From an uncultured Alphaproteobacteria bacterium (GTDB taxonomy: Bacteria; Pseudomonadota; Alphaproteobacteria; Rhizobiales; Xanthobacteraceae), in contig CAVWXY010000021.1 in NCBI GenBank assembly GCA_963758945.1, positions 191,614-255,613 on the forward strand: DNA of 64,000 bases. Reading direction: 5' to 3'. Below the pieces are notes generated by a model. The model did not search any database and was not told the origin of the DNA. It saw only the letters and a program-made list of their open reading frames with translations. Made by a program: the position numbers and the translations under genes. This document shows, one piece after another, positions 38,995-48,578 of the stretch (its first letter is position 1; each line of letters opens with the position of its first letter).

Positions 38995-39517
38995 GGACAG
39001 GCCCTAGCTTTAGAAATTTGTTTAGTTTGCCGCGCGAGCGCACCCACGCGCCCCGTAAACACCCGAAGCCCTTTTGGCGCTCGGTGGTCCGGAATTTCAA
39101 CGCTGCTTCCAGCTTCTCCTGTGCAGTCGCGCGCTCGCCTCCGTACGTGTCCAAAGTGTTGGATACCCTGAAAAGCGCCTCGTTTGCCTCCCACGGATCG
39201 TAACAACCTTTCACGACCCACACGGCGAGGTCTTCATTTAGCGCAAAGGCTCGCATCCGGGCCGCGAGGTCGCGGAAGACATTTATAGCCTCGTGCAATC
39301 TCTTAATTTCGTCATCCGATAAGTCGTCGACTGCTTTGACAGAGCCGTCTGGAAACTCCGTTCGCACGGCCCTCACATTGCCGTACACGATGCTTCGGTG
39401 GATGACCTCACCGCGCAAATCAAAGAATTGTCTGAACGGACGACCGAGAAAAGAGGTCACCAACCACCCTGCCCCTCCGAGCAGGAGAACGCCAACCGTG
39501 TTCCAAACACCGGCCAT
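38987..39517 (-). CDS. hypothetical membrane-anchored protein; its 3' end was altered by the IS5 insertion
   Basis: The N-terminal hydrophobic helix is VGVLLLGGAGWLVTSFL. The ORF crosses the IS boundary at 39006. Without the IS it would stop a few codons later. Confidence 0.4.
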   Translation of the reverse strand: MAGVWNTVGVLLLGGAGWLVTSFLGRPFRQFFDLRGEVIHRSIVYGNVRAVRTEFPDGSVKAVDDLSDDEIKRLHEAINVFRDLAARMRAFALNEDLAVWVVKGCYDPWEANEALFRVSNTLDTYGGERATAQEKLEAALKFRTTERQKGFGCLRGAWVRSRGKLNKFLKLGPVLS

Positions 39518-39579
39518 GTCCGCCCCTTAAAATCAACGGCGCGGCAATCCTACGCGATTCGCCCGACGCGGACGGCGCG

Positions 39580-39939
39580 CTAGTACAAGTTGGGCCACTC
39601 CTTCTTGAACTCGTCAAGCTTGCCAAAAAGACTATTTTTCAAGAAAACGCTGTAACAATAGGCTAGCTCCTTTCTGAGCGCGCCGACCATTATCTCAAGT
39701 TCTTCGCAGTCGATAACCAGTGCCTTCGCACCATGCTTTTTTGTTTCGTAGGTGCTGCCTTCGAATCGATTACGCGAATATGGCTCCGCTTTAAGAGCGA
39801 CGACTAAGTGCGGCTGCATGCATTCTGTCCGTTTTTTCTTGGCCGGGTCCTGAATACTCCCCCGTATTTCAAATCGGACCTTCACATCTTGGATGGAGTA
39901 GTGATTAGGCGTTTTGTTACGCGTGTCGCTGATCTGCAT
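39580..39939 (-). CDS. hypothetical protein (lower-GC block)
   Basis: ATG at 39939 follows GAAGG. The Lys/Glu-rich composition is typical of AT-richer foreign DNA. I recognise no motif. Confidence 0.3.
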   Translation of the reverse strand: MQISDTRNKTPNHYSIQDVKVRFEIRGSIQDPAKKKRTECMQPHLVVALKAEPYSRNRFEGSTYETKKHGAKALVIDCEELEIMVGALRKELAYCYSVFLKNSLFGKLDEFKKEWPNLY

Positions 39940-40171
39940 ATGAACCTTCGGCTGGTTTGGTCGTCGGTCGTCGCCGGATGCAGAGTATCCAATTCCGGTT
40001 GGCCAAAAAACTCCGGCCGAGCCGTCCGGCCCGGCCGGCGCGCGCCTGCACAAGTTTTGGGAAGTCGTTATCGATGCCTGGCTCTGACTTGGTGAATTCT
40101 GACTCCAACGCCAACCCCGCACGATCCATGAACCCTTTTTTCGTAGCGTGATCCGTGTGCCAAAACTGATC

Positions 40172-40378
40172 CTATAGATATTCGCCGTCAGTACGATTCG
40201 CATAGCAGCCAGCTCTGCAACAGACCATGAAACCGAGTTCGCGGCCCAAGTCGCCGAAGACCGTCAGAGCCGTTCGCGTGCGATCGCTGATCTGTTTGGC
40301 GGCGAAATTGTCGAACGCAGCTGGCACTGCGAGTTCAAGTCGTTGTGCGAGATAACTTGGTTGCAATAGAGTGCTCAT
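40172..40378 (-). CDS. small hypothetical protein (68 aa)
   Basis: A strong GGGAGGAG lies 5 nt upstream of ATG 40378. I recognise no motif. Confidence 0.4.
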   Translation of the reverse strand: MSTLLQPSYLAQRLELAVPAAFDNFAAKQISDRTRTALTVFGDLGRELGFMVCCRAGCYANRTDGEYL

Positions 40379-40632
40379 AGCCTCTCCTCCCGTCACCAGC
40401 TCCTTGCGAACGCCGCCATCGCCGCCTCGCGCGTGGCCTAGTAGCCGTGCGCCGCGCGGCGTAGATCGTCGTTGTGCCCGCTCGCCCACCTCCAGGGACG
40501 ATCTTCAGGCGCGATTGGCACCAGGGATGCGGCCGCCGATGACGCGGTCCTCCAGCACGTGTTAGTCGTCCTGGTTCCAGCCGATCGGCGCGCGCCTGAG
40601 CATGAGCGTGCTCACGCCTTTAACTTAGCCGT

Positions 40633-41298
40633 TTAATCGATCGATGCTTCGCCGGATGCTTGCTTAACGGCATTGAGCAGCTGCTGAGATAGCATCGCGT
40701 CTATGACGTGTTCCAACTCGGACACATCGACCCTCTCATTGGCCCATTCGCGGTCCGCCGCTTCCAAAGCCTTATAATAGGGCTGCTTGTCAGCGGCGAT
40801 CTGTTCCGGGATCGTTGGCGTGCCGGGCAACAAGCTATCGAGCTTGATACTGAGAACGACATATGAAATGGCGCGCGCCGTGCGACCGTTTCCATCCGCA
40901 AAAGGATGTATCCAGTTCATTTTCCAAAGCACGTAGGCTGCTAGATGGACAGCGCTCTTCTTTGACCAATTGTCGTTGACGTATTGGCACATTGACTGAA
41001 CCTCATCGGAGACGAAGGCCGCCTCCGGAGGCTGATGCAGGCTCCCTCCGATCTTGACCGGTGTGTTGCGGAAGGTGCCCGCCAACCGATGGAGGCCATC
41101 GAGCGCCGCCTTGTGCAATTGGAGGATCGGACCCGCCCGCAATTTGAACGGCCGTTCTCGGTCTCTCACATGGTTCGCGATGATTTCGATCGCGAGGCTG
41201 AATTGCCGGATACCGTTCTCGGCCTCGCGACGTGCAATCTCGTCAGGATCGCTGAGTAGTTGGGCGTCCTCGGCCTTGCTGTGGCGATCTTCGGCCAA
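40633..41298 (-). CDS. Fic/DOC family protein (start uncertain; the ORF is open up to 41517)
   Basis: It has the canonical Fic motif HPFADGNGRTARA (about 40870-40912). The first ~70 codons of the long ORF overlap a better-looking small ORF in another frame, so TTG 41298 is proposed as the start. Confidence 0.7.
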   Translation of the reverse strand: MAEDRHSKAEDAQLLSDPDEIARREAENGIRQFSLAIEIIANHVRDRERPFKLRAGPILQLHKAALDGLHRLAGTFRNTPVKIGGSLHQPPEAAFVSDEVQSMCQYVNDNWSKKSAVHLAAYVLWKMNWIHPFADGNGRTARAISYVVLSIKLDSLLPGTPTIPEQIAADKQPYYKALEAADREWANERVDVSELEHVIDAMLSQQLLNAVKQASGEASID

Positions 41299-41308
41299 GC
41301 GCCAGCCG

Positions 41309-41491
41309 TTACTTTGATTCGGCTTCGATCTTTTGATCCGCTTCGGCAACCATCTCGCGTGTGATGCGATCGTTCTCGATATGGGTGTTGCCGTATGCAA
41401 AGCTCCGGCGCTGCTCCCGAAGCTGGCCAGACGACATCGTGATCTTGCGGGTTCGGATGACCAAGTCTTCCAGCTTGTCGTTATTCGCCAT
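41309..41491 (-). CDS. small ORF upstream of fic (candidate VbhA-like antitoxin / inhibitory partner)
   Basis: This 60-aa ORF ends 10 nt before the proposed fic start. It contains ...RRSFAYGNTHIENDRITREMV. The E-N pair is reminiscent of the (S/T)xxxE(G/N) inhibitory helix, but the S/T position is Asn. Confidence 0.35.
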   Translation of the reverse strand: MANNDKLEDLVIRTRKITMSSGQLREQRRSFAYGNTHIENDRITREMVAEADQKIEAESK

Positions 41492-41601
41492 AGCTCACGT
41501 TCCCCACTTCGAGTCACTTGGACAAAGCGTATGGGCTGTAAGGGGCGCTTTCAAGGTCCCCCGCGCGCTATACGGCCGCTAGCCCCCGGTCTACTTGTTC
41601 C

Positions 41602-41952
41602 CTAAAGCGCCCGCCGCCCCGCGTCGGTGATCCGCAGCATGGCGATCTCGTATCGTTCCTGTCCAGCAACCACGCGCTGAGCCGTCGCGGTCGCCAGCCC
41701 AGCGCGTACTAGCTCGACCATCAGCCCGATCGAGAAGCCATGCGCGAGCATGAGCCCCTCGGCACAGCCTTGGCCGTCGCAAGAGGCGCGCAGCTCAAGC
41801 GCACGGCGACGTTGGTCGGGCTTGCGGGTGCGGCGGGCGGGCACGGCGCCCTCATAGCGGCCCGGCGGCAACCGCGCCAGGGGTGCCACGCCGCCCGTCC
41901 GGCGGCCCGCTAGGGCGCGTGCCCTGCCGCTCGCGGCTTTCCTAGGGGCCAA
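41602..41952 (-). CDS. hypothetical protein adjacent to tRNA-Ser
   Basis: 116-aa ORF. The C-terminal half (LMLAHGFSIGLMVELVRAGLATATAQRVVAG...ITDAGRRAL) looks coding, possibly with a wHTH-like fold. The start is uncertain. Confidence 0.35.
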   Translation of the reverse strand: MAPRKAASGRARALAGRRTGGVAPLARLPPGRYEGAVPARRTRKPDQRRRALELRASCDGQGCAEGLMLAHGFSIGLMVELVRAGLATATAQRVVAGQERYEIAMLRITDAGRRAL

Positions 41953-42005
41953 AGTGAGGGTCTGTTCGCCGATTACGGAAAAAATCTTGCAAATTCAGAT
42001 GATTT

Positions 42006-42097
42006 TGGCGGAAGGGGTGGGATTCGAACCCACGAGGGAGCGCAAACCCCCTGGCGGTTTTCAAGACCGCTGCCTTAAACCACTCGGCCACCCTTCC
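42006..42097 (-). tRNA. tRNA-Ser (anticodon UGA)
   Basis: The reverse complement reads GGAAGGGTGGCCGAGTGGTTTAAGGCAGCGGTCTTGAAAACCGC...GTGGGTTCGAATCCCACCCCTTCCGCCA. It has a fully paired acceptor stem and T-stem, a canonical TTCGAAT loop, a long variable arm and an encoded CCA. Confidence 0.9.
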
Positions 42098-43070
42098 TGC
42101 GAGAATGCGCTTCAGGCTTTTGGGCCGGATGCGCCGGACCGCCGCGAACGTGCCGCTGGCCCAGCCGGGCCGCCTGTTATCAGGTCTTGCCCCGCCCCGC
42201 CAACGCATGGCGCGGTCGATCGTCGTCCCGTCGCACGCGATGCAGCCGGTGCGCCGGGCCTATAGCAGGGTCGACGCCGACGTCGGCCAGCGATATTGCG
42301 CCCACATCAGGAAGAGCGCCTCAGCAGGAACGCGCAACGGCTGCCGGCGCGCCGAGGCCGACGCGACATGGTTGCTCAGTTGCGCCAAAAACGCCGATCA
42401 GCCCGCAGGCTGGTCCCCCACTCCCTGTCGAAGATCTCAAGGCCGCGGGGCGGAAATCTCGCCAGCCCCGCTGCCGGCCACGCGCTCCGAGCGGCCGTGC
42501 CCGCTCAAGCCTCGTCGTCGGGCAGTTGGTCCTTGCCCGTGTCTATGGGCACAAGGCTCGGCGCCATCCCCATGGCGCTGAGCGAAGCCATCATCGCGAC
42601 ATACATGACGATCCACATGGTCCGATCCCCCCGGTTCATGGTCCCACGATCACGCCCGCGAAGTGTCGGCCCGCACGATGAGGGAATTGAGGCTCGCTCC
42701 GCCATGACGCGGACAATTCCTCCGGGTGTCACCTTCCGGCAACAATAGCGGCCAAGGCAGAGCACAGCTCCCCTCGTTCGAAATTCATTGAAAATCTGAG
42801 ACTTGTCCCTCGTTCCGATGGAAAAGGTCGAACCCGAAGCCGCGGGCGCCCGCCGATCGCAAGTTCATGCGGAACCAAAACCGCAGCCAAGCGGTAACCT
42901 TGCGGCGTTCCCCGAAGGCCCCCCACTGCTCATCCGAGCCCACGGGAGCGCTGGGCCCCGGCGACGCCCTCGCCGGGGCCGCTTCCGCCCTGTGCCGAGC
43001 AGCCCGAGAGCGCCCGCCCCGGCCCCGAGCGTGCTTGCGACCGCGCCCGCGCTCGGGTAGCCCCTCGCCC

Positions 43071-44450
<1,380 letters not shown>

Positions 44451-44553
44451 CGCATGTCCCGGAAAAGTGGGCACCGGTTTTCCGCCAAGGACATGCGCAA
44501 AGCCAAGGAATCTAGAGCGCATCCCAATTCGACCTAATCGGGATGCGCTCTAG
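44451..44553. repeat. compound palindromic (REP-like) element downstream of rimO
   Basis: The outer stem is GCGCATGTCC (44451-44460) with GGACATGCGC (44490-44499), enclosing CGGAAAA/TTTTCCG. A perfect 14-bp stem follows: CTAGAGCGCATCCC (44512-44525) with GGGATGCGCTCTAG (44540-44553). Confidence 0.7.
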
Positions 44554-44623
44554 CGCTGCTCCGGCATGAACTCGTGCCGCTCGTTGCAAATCCATTTCCG
44601 GCAGCAGGTCTGGAGGGTATGGC

Positions 44624-46120
44624 ATGCGTCGCGTATGGCTGGGAATTGCCGGAGCGCTGATCGGCATTGCGCCGGCGGCCGCTGAGAACGGTCCGTTGCC
44701 GGAAGGGTTTCAAAAGATCCAGACGATCGTCGTCATCCTCCAGGAAAATCGCAGCCACGTGCACCTGCTCCCCGACTTTCCCGGCGCAACCGGGATCGCC
44801 GATGCGCCCAAGACGGCCCTGGTGCAAAGGGACCGAGACGGCTCGGTCCTGCCTTATCTGCCGCCGCTGTGGATCACCGACGAAGTCGCGCCCGACCCCG
44901 GACGGCCCGAACCTCCCCGGCCCGATGCCGCCTATCCGGCATCGATGCCGAACGGGCCGTTCTTTCTCGGCGAGCCGCCCTACGATGCGCCAGCCGACAT
45001 CCTGACCCCGATCCCGGTGCATCGCTTCTATCAGAACCAGATGCAGATCAACGGTGGTCGCAACGACATGTTCGTCGCCTGGACCAATGTCGGTTCGCTG
45101 GCGATGGGACTCTATCGCGGCGCGGGCACGCATCTCTATCGGCTCGGGCGCCAATACACGCTCGCCGACCAATTTTTCATGGGCGCCTTCGGCGGCTCCA
45201 ATCTCAATCACTTCTTCCTGGCGTGCGCTTGCTCGCCGCCTTTCCCCGATGCGCCGGAGAGCCTGCGGGCTGTGCTCGCGGAAAACGGTACGCTCAAGCC
45301 CGCCGAGGACTCGCCCAAGTCCGCCCTGAATGGTCCGCCGAAATGGGTTCGGGACGGCAGCGTTTCGCCCGACGGCTATGTGGTGAACACGGTGCAGCCG
45401 GCATACCAGCCCAGCGGCATCCCACCGGCGCGAGGCGGCGATCCCGCGATGGCCGACCCGGCGCAAAATCCTTTGCCCCCGCAGACCTTGCCGACCCTTG
45501 GCGACCGCCTGTCGGACAAGGGTGTCGGCTGGGCCTGGTACGCCCAGGGGTGGGACGTGGCGCTGGCCGATCGCCGCGTCATCTACAACACCCGCGGCGC
45601 CGTCAACTTCCAGCCCCACCACCAGCCCTACAACTACTTTGCCAAATATGCCCCGGGCACCCAGGCGCGCGCACAACATCTCAAGGACATGGAGGCGTTC
45701 TGGAACGCGGCCAAGGCCGGCACATTGCCGGCGGTGGCGTTCGTCAAGGCCGACGGCAATGACAACCAGCATCCCGGCGAAAGCACCATGGCCGCCGGGG
45801 ACCTGATCATCGGCACGATCGTCAACACGCTGCAGCGCAGTCCGCAATGGGACAAGATGGCGATCATCATCACCTATGACGAGAATGGCGGGTTTTGGGA
45901 TCCGGTACCGCCGCCCAAGGGCGACCGTTGGGGGCCGGGCTCGCGGGTGCCGACCGTGATCGTCTCGCCTTTCGCCAAAAAGGGATTCGTCGACCACACC
46001 GTCTACGACGCCACATCGATCCTGGCTTTCATCTCCAAGCGGTTCGGGCTGGAACCGCTGCCTGGCATCCGCACTCAGTTCGGCGACCTCCGCAACGCAT
46101 TCGAGCCTGGCGCGCCATGA
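44624..46120 (+). CDS. phosphoesterase-family protein (acid phosphatase AcpA / phospholipase C-like)
   Basis: It has a signal peptide. IVVILQENRS is typical of the phosphoesterase family, and later motifs include FVKADGNDNQHPGES and ITYDENGGFWD. Confidence 0.8.
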   Translation: MRRVWLGIAGALIGIAPAAAENGPLPEGFQKIQTIVVILQENRSHVHLLPDFPGATGIADAPKTALVQRDRDGSVLPYLPPLWITDEVAPDPGRPEPPRPDAAYPASMPNGPFFLGEPPYDAPADILTPIPVHRFYQNQMQINGGRNDMFVAWTNVGSLAMGLYRGAGTHLYRLGRQYTLADQFFMGAFGGSNLNHFFLACACSPPFPDAPESLRAVLAENGTLKPAEDSPKSALNGPPKWVRDGSVSPDGYVVNTVQPAYQPSGIPPARGGDPAMADPAQNPLPPQTLPTLGDRLSDKGVGWAWYAQGWDVALADRRVIYNTRGAVNFQPHHQPYNYFAKYAPGTQARAQHLKDMEAFWNAAKAGTLPAVAFVKADGNDNQHPGESTMAAGDLIIGTIVNTLQRSPQWDKMAIIITYDENGGFWDPVPPPKGDRWGPGSRVPTVIVSPFAKKGFVDHTVYDATSILAFISKRFGLEPLPGIRTQFGDLRNAFEPGAP

Positions 46121-46230
46121 GCCGGCGTCTTCGCTTTCCTCGATTGCGGCCGACCTGGAGCTGCGACTACTCGCATTTATCCTTGCCGTGCGCGGTCGCG
46201 GCGACAGCTCCTCGACATCGCGTGATCTCT

Positions 46231-46399
46231 CCGCTGTCATGCCCGCGAAAGCGCATCGGCGCTAACTTAAGCCATCTCTCGCTGTCATGCCCGCGAAAGC
46301 GGGCATCCAGTAACTCATGAAGGTGCAATTCGAGGCCGAAGCGGTGCCTCTCACCTTGTCCGGCGATTACTGGATCGTCCGCCTTCGCGGACGATGACA
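46231..46399. repeat. MITE/REP-like element built of hairpin modules
   Basis: GCTGTCATGCCCGCGAAAGCG occurs twice in direct orientation (46233-46253 and 46281-46301). TGTCATGCCCGCGAAAGCGGGCATCCAGTAA (46283-46313) is matched in inverted orientation by TTACTGGATCGTCCGCCTTCGCGGACGATGACA (46367-46399). Confidence 0.7.
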
Positions 46400-46555
46400 A
46401 CCGAAGAGCCCTAAACTTAGCTAGCGCCTATGGGATCAAGCCCGCGGGTGACGCATGTGGGGACATGAATCAAACGAACTGGAAACCGTTTTAGCCTTAC
46501 CCGGCGCGACCTCGCCGGTTTTGCACGGGGCAGTCGCGGAGCCGTGTCCGACTGG

Positions 46556-47809
46556 TTAGGCCGTCGCGACGCCGATCAGGTCGATCTCGACCAGCGCGTC
46601 TTTGACCAGCAGACCCGTCGTCCCGATGGTCGTTCGCGGCGGGGGAATCTTGAAATACTCCTTCCACACCTCGTCGAAGCCGTTGAAGTTCGCAAGATCG
46701 GTGAGGAAGACCTGCGCCTTGGCGACGTTGTCGAGCGAGCTTCCCGCCGCTTCGAACGTGCGCTTGAGATTGTCGAGCACGAAACGGGTCTGCAGCTTGA
46801 TGTCCGAGCTGTAGTAGGGAAAGTTCGGATGCCGCCGCGCCTGTTCCGGCACGCCGGACTTGAAATCGCTGGCAAGCTGGCCGGCGGCGAAGACGAGGCC
46901 GCCGACCTTGAACGCCTCGGTGTAGTTGGCGAGCGGTTGCGGCGCGGCCGATTTGACCGCCTGCTTGGCGCTCTTGCCGGGCACGCCGCCGATCAGGTCG
47001 ATCTCGACCAGCGTGTCCTTGACGAGGAGGCCGGTCGTGCCGACCGTCGTGCGCGCCGGCGGGACCTTGAAGTACTCCTTCCATACCTCGTCGAAGCCGT
47101 TGAAATTCTCGAGGTCGGTGAGGAAGACCTGCGCCTTGGCGACGTTGTCGAGCGAGCTTCCCGCCGCCTCGAACGTCTGCTTGAGGTTTTCCAGGATATA
47201 GCGGGTCTGCAGCTTGATGTCGGAATTGTAGTAGGGAAAGCCCTCCCCGCGCCTGGCCTCGGCCGGGACGCCGGTCTTGTAGTCGCTGGCGATCTGCCCC
47301 GCGGCATAGACGAAATCGCCGACCTTGAACGCCTCGTTGTAGTGCGCGAGCGGGCGCGGCGCGCTCGACGCGATCGCCTGCTTCTCCGCGCCCTTGCCCG
47401 GGACCAATCCGATCAGGTCGATCTCGATCAAGGTGTCCTTGACGAGGAGGCCGGTCGTGCCCACGGTCGTGCGTGCGGGCGGGACCTTGAAGTACTCCTT
47501 CCACACCTCGTCGAAGGCGCAGAAATCATCGAGATCGGTCAGGAACACCTGCGCCTTGAAGGCATGCTCGAGCGAGCTGCCTGCGGCCTCGAACGTCCTC
47601 TTGAGATTTTCGAGGATGTAGCGGGTCTGCAGCTTGATGTCGGAGCCGTAGAACGGAAAGTTGGGGTGCTTGCGCGCCTCCGGCGGCACGCCGGTCTTGA
47701 AATCGCTCGCGAGCTGGCCCGCCGCGAAGATGAACGGGCCCGCGACCATCGCTTCCGAGTAATTGGCAAGCGGCCGAGGGGCATTGGATTTGACGACGTC
47801 GATTTTCAT
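46556..47809 (-). CDS. triple tandem RidA/YjgF/YER057c-domain protein (single-chain 3x fusion)
   Basis: GGGAGAA precedes ATG 47809. Three ~139-aa repeats each contain PRPLA.Y.EA...AAGQ.ASD...DIKLQTR..L.NLK.TFEAAGSSL...KAQVFLTDL..F..FDEVWKEYF..PP.RTT.GTTGLLVKD.L.EIDLIG. The DNA period is 417 nt. Confidence 0.85.
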   Translation of the reverse strand: MKIDVVKSNAPRPLANYSEAMVAGPFIFAAGQLASDFKTGVPPEARKHPNFPFYGSDIKLQTRYILENLKRTFEAAGSSLEHAFKAQVFLTDLDDFCAFDEVWKEYFKVPPARTTVGTTGLLVKDTLIEIDLIGLVPGKGAEKQAIASSAPRPLAHYNEAFKVGDFVYAAGQIASDYKTGVPAEARRGEGFPYYNSDIKLQTRYILENLKQTFEAAGSSLDNVAKAQVFLTDLENFNGFDEVWKEYFKVPPARTTVGTTGLLVKDTLVEIDLIGGVPGKSAKQAVKSAAPQPLANYTEAFKVGGLVFAAGQLASDFKSGVPEQARRHPNFPYYSSDIKLQTRFVLDNLKRTFEAAGSSLDNVAKAQVFLTDLANFNGFDEVWKEYFKIPPPRTTIGTTGLLVKDALVEIDLIGVATA

Positions 47810-48578
47810 GGCTCGTTCTCCCTCTCTGCAGGCCGGTGCCGGCGGCGTAGGATCTGCTGTTTCGTCCGCACCCTTGCGCGCGCAATGCCCATGCGTTCGC
47901 CGCATCATTATACGGCTACGAATCGGATGTCGTGCTCGCAGCTGGAAGGCACGCCGCACCGCTGCGGTGCGGGGACGCCATCGCCTACAGCTCGTCCGGT
48001 GCACAAGATCTGGAACTGCCGAGCCGCGCCGGCCCGCGGGCTGGGATCATCGTTTCGCCGCCAGCGCTGCCGGCATAGTCGCCGCCGCTTTGCCGCGCCC
48101 TTTTTTCGACTACCCATCAACTACGGTATTGACTACGACTCGCATTTGTAGTAGCTAAGACCATCCCTGCGCGGCGCCCTGCCGGCGCCCCACCCCCCTC
48201 GCTTGGGGGCGGATGGAAAAGAGGAAAAGCCAGAACCCGGGCGCAGCAACGCGCGGCGGGAACGAAGAAGACTGCGTTGTTTGATATCGTGAATAGGAAA
48301 GGACGCGGCGGCCGCTCGTGTGCAGGCCGAGCGCAGGGCGCATCGGCAACCGTGCGCCCGAGCGCAATCGCGTCGGCGGCAACGCACTCGGATCAGACCG
48401 AGGGCGCGCCTCGCTGCGTCTTGGCGGCAACGCGCCGGCACGCGCACGGGTGGGAGCTGGAGGTGCGTGCACTCCAGCCAGCGCGGCCTGTATTTTCCCT
48501 GTTATTTACAGGATCGGGTTGCATCATGCGCCGTGCCGCAAGCGTGGGTTGAGGGCGTACACGCGAGCTCGGATCCAT

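Larger units (their letters stand above)
38162..39006 (+). mobile_element. IS5-family (IS427-group-like) insertion sequence
   Basis: Terminal inverted repeats are TAGGGCCTGTCTTCAGTTG (38162-38180) and CAACTGAGGACAGGCCCTA (38988-39006). The flanking direct repeat is GCTT (38158-38161 and 39007-39010). It has two overlapping ORFs. Confidence 0.8.

Noticed and set aside
28125-42005. A tyrosine or serine integrase/excisionase expected next to the tRNA-Ser copies.
   Set aside because: No ORF with integrase-like motifs was found at either island border. Only IS transposases are present.
48150-48578. Several 90-110-aa ORFs between the RidA gene and bioA, and a possible biotin regulatory site near the bioA/bioF divergent starts (49898-49970).
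   Set aside because: The ORF translations are Arg/Ala/Pro-rich and overlap one another. I could not recognise a BioR/BirA-type palindrome with any confidence.
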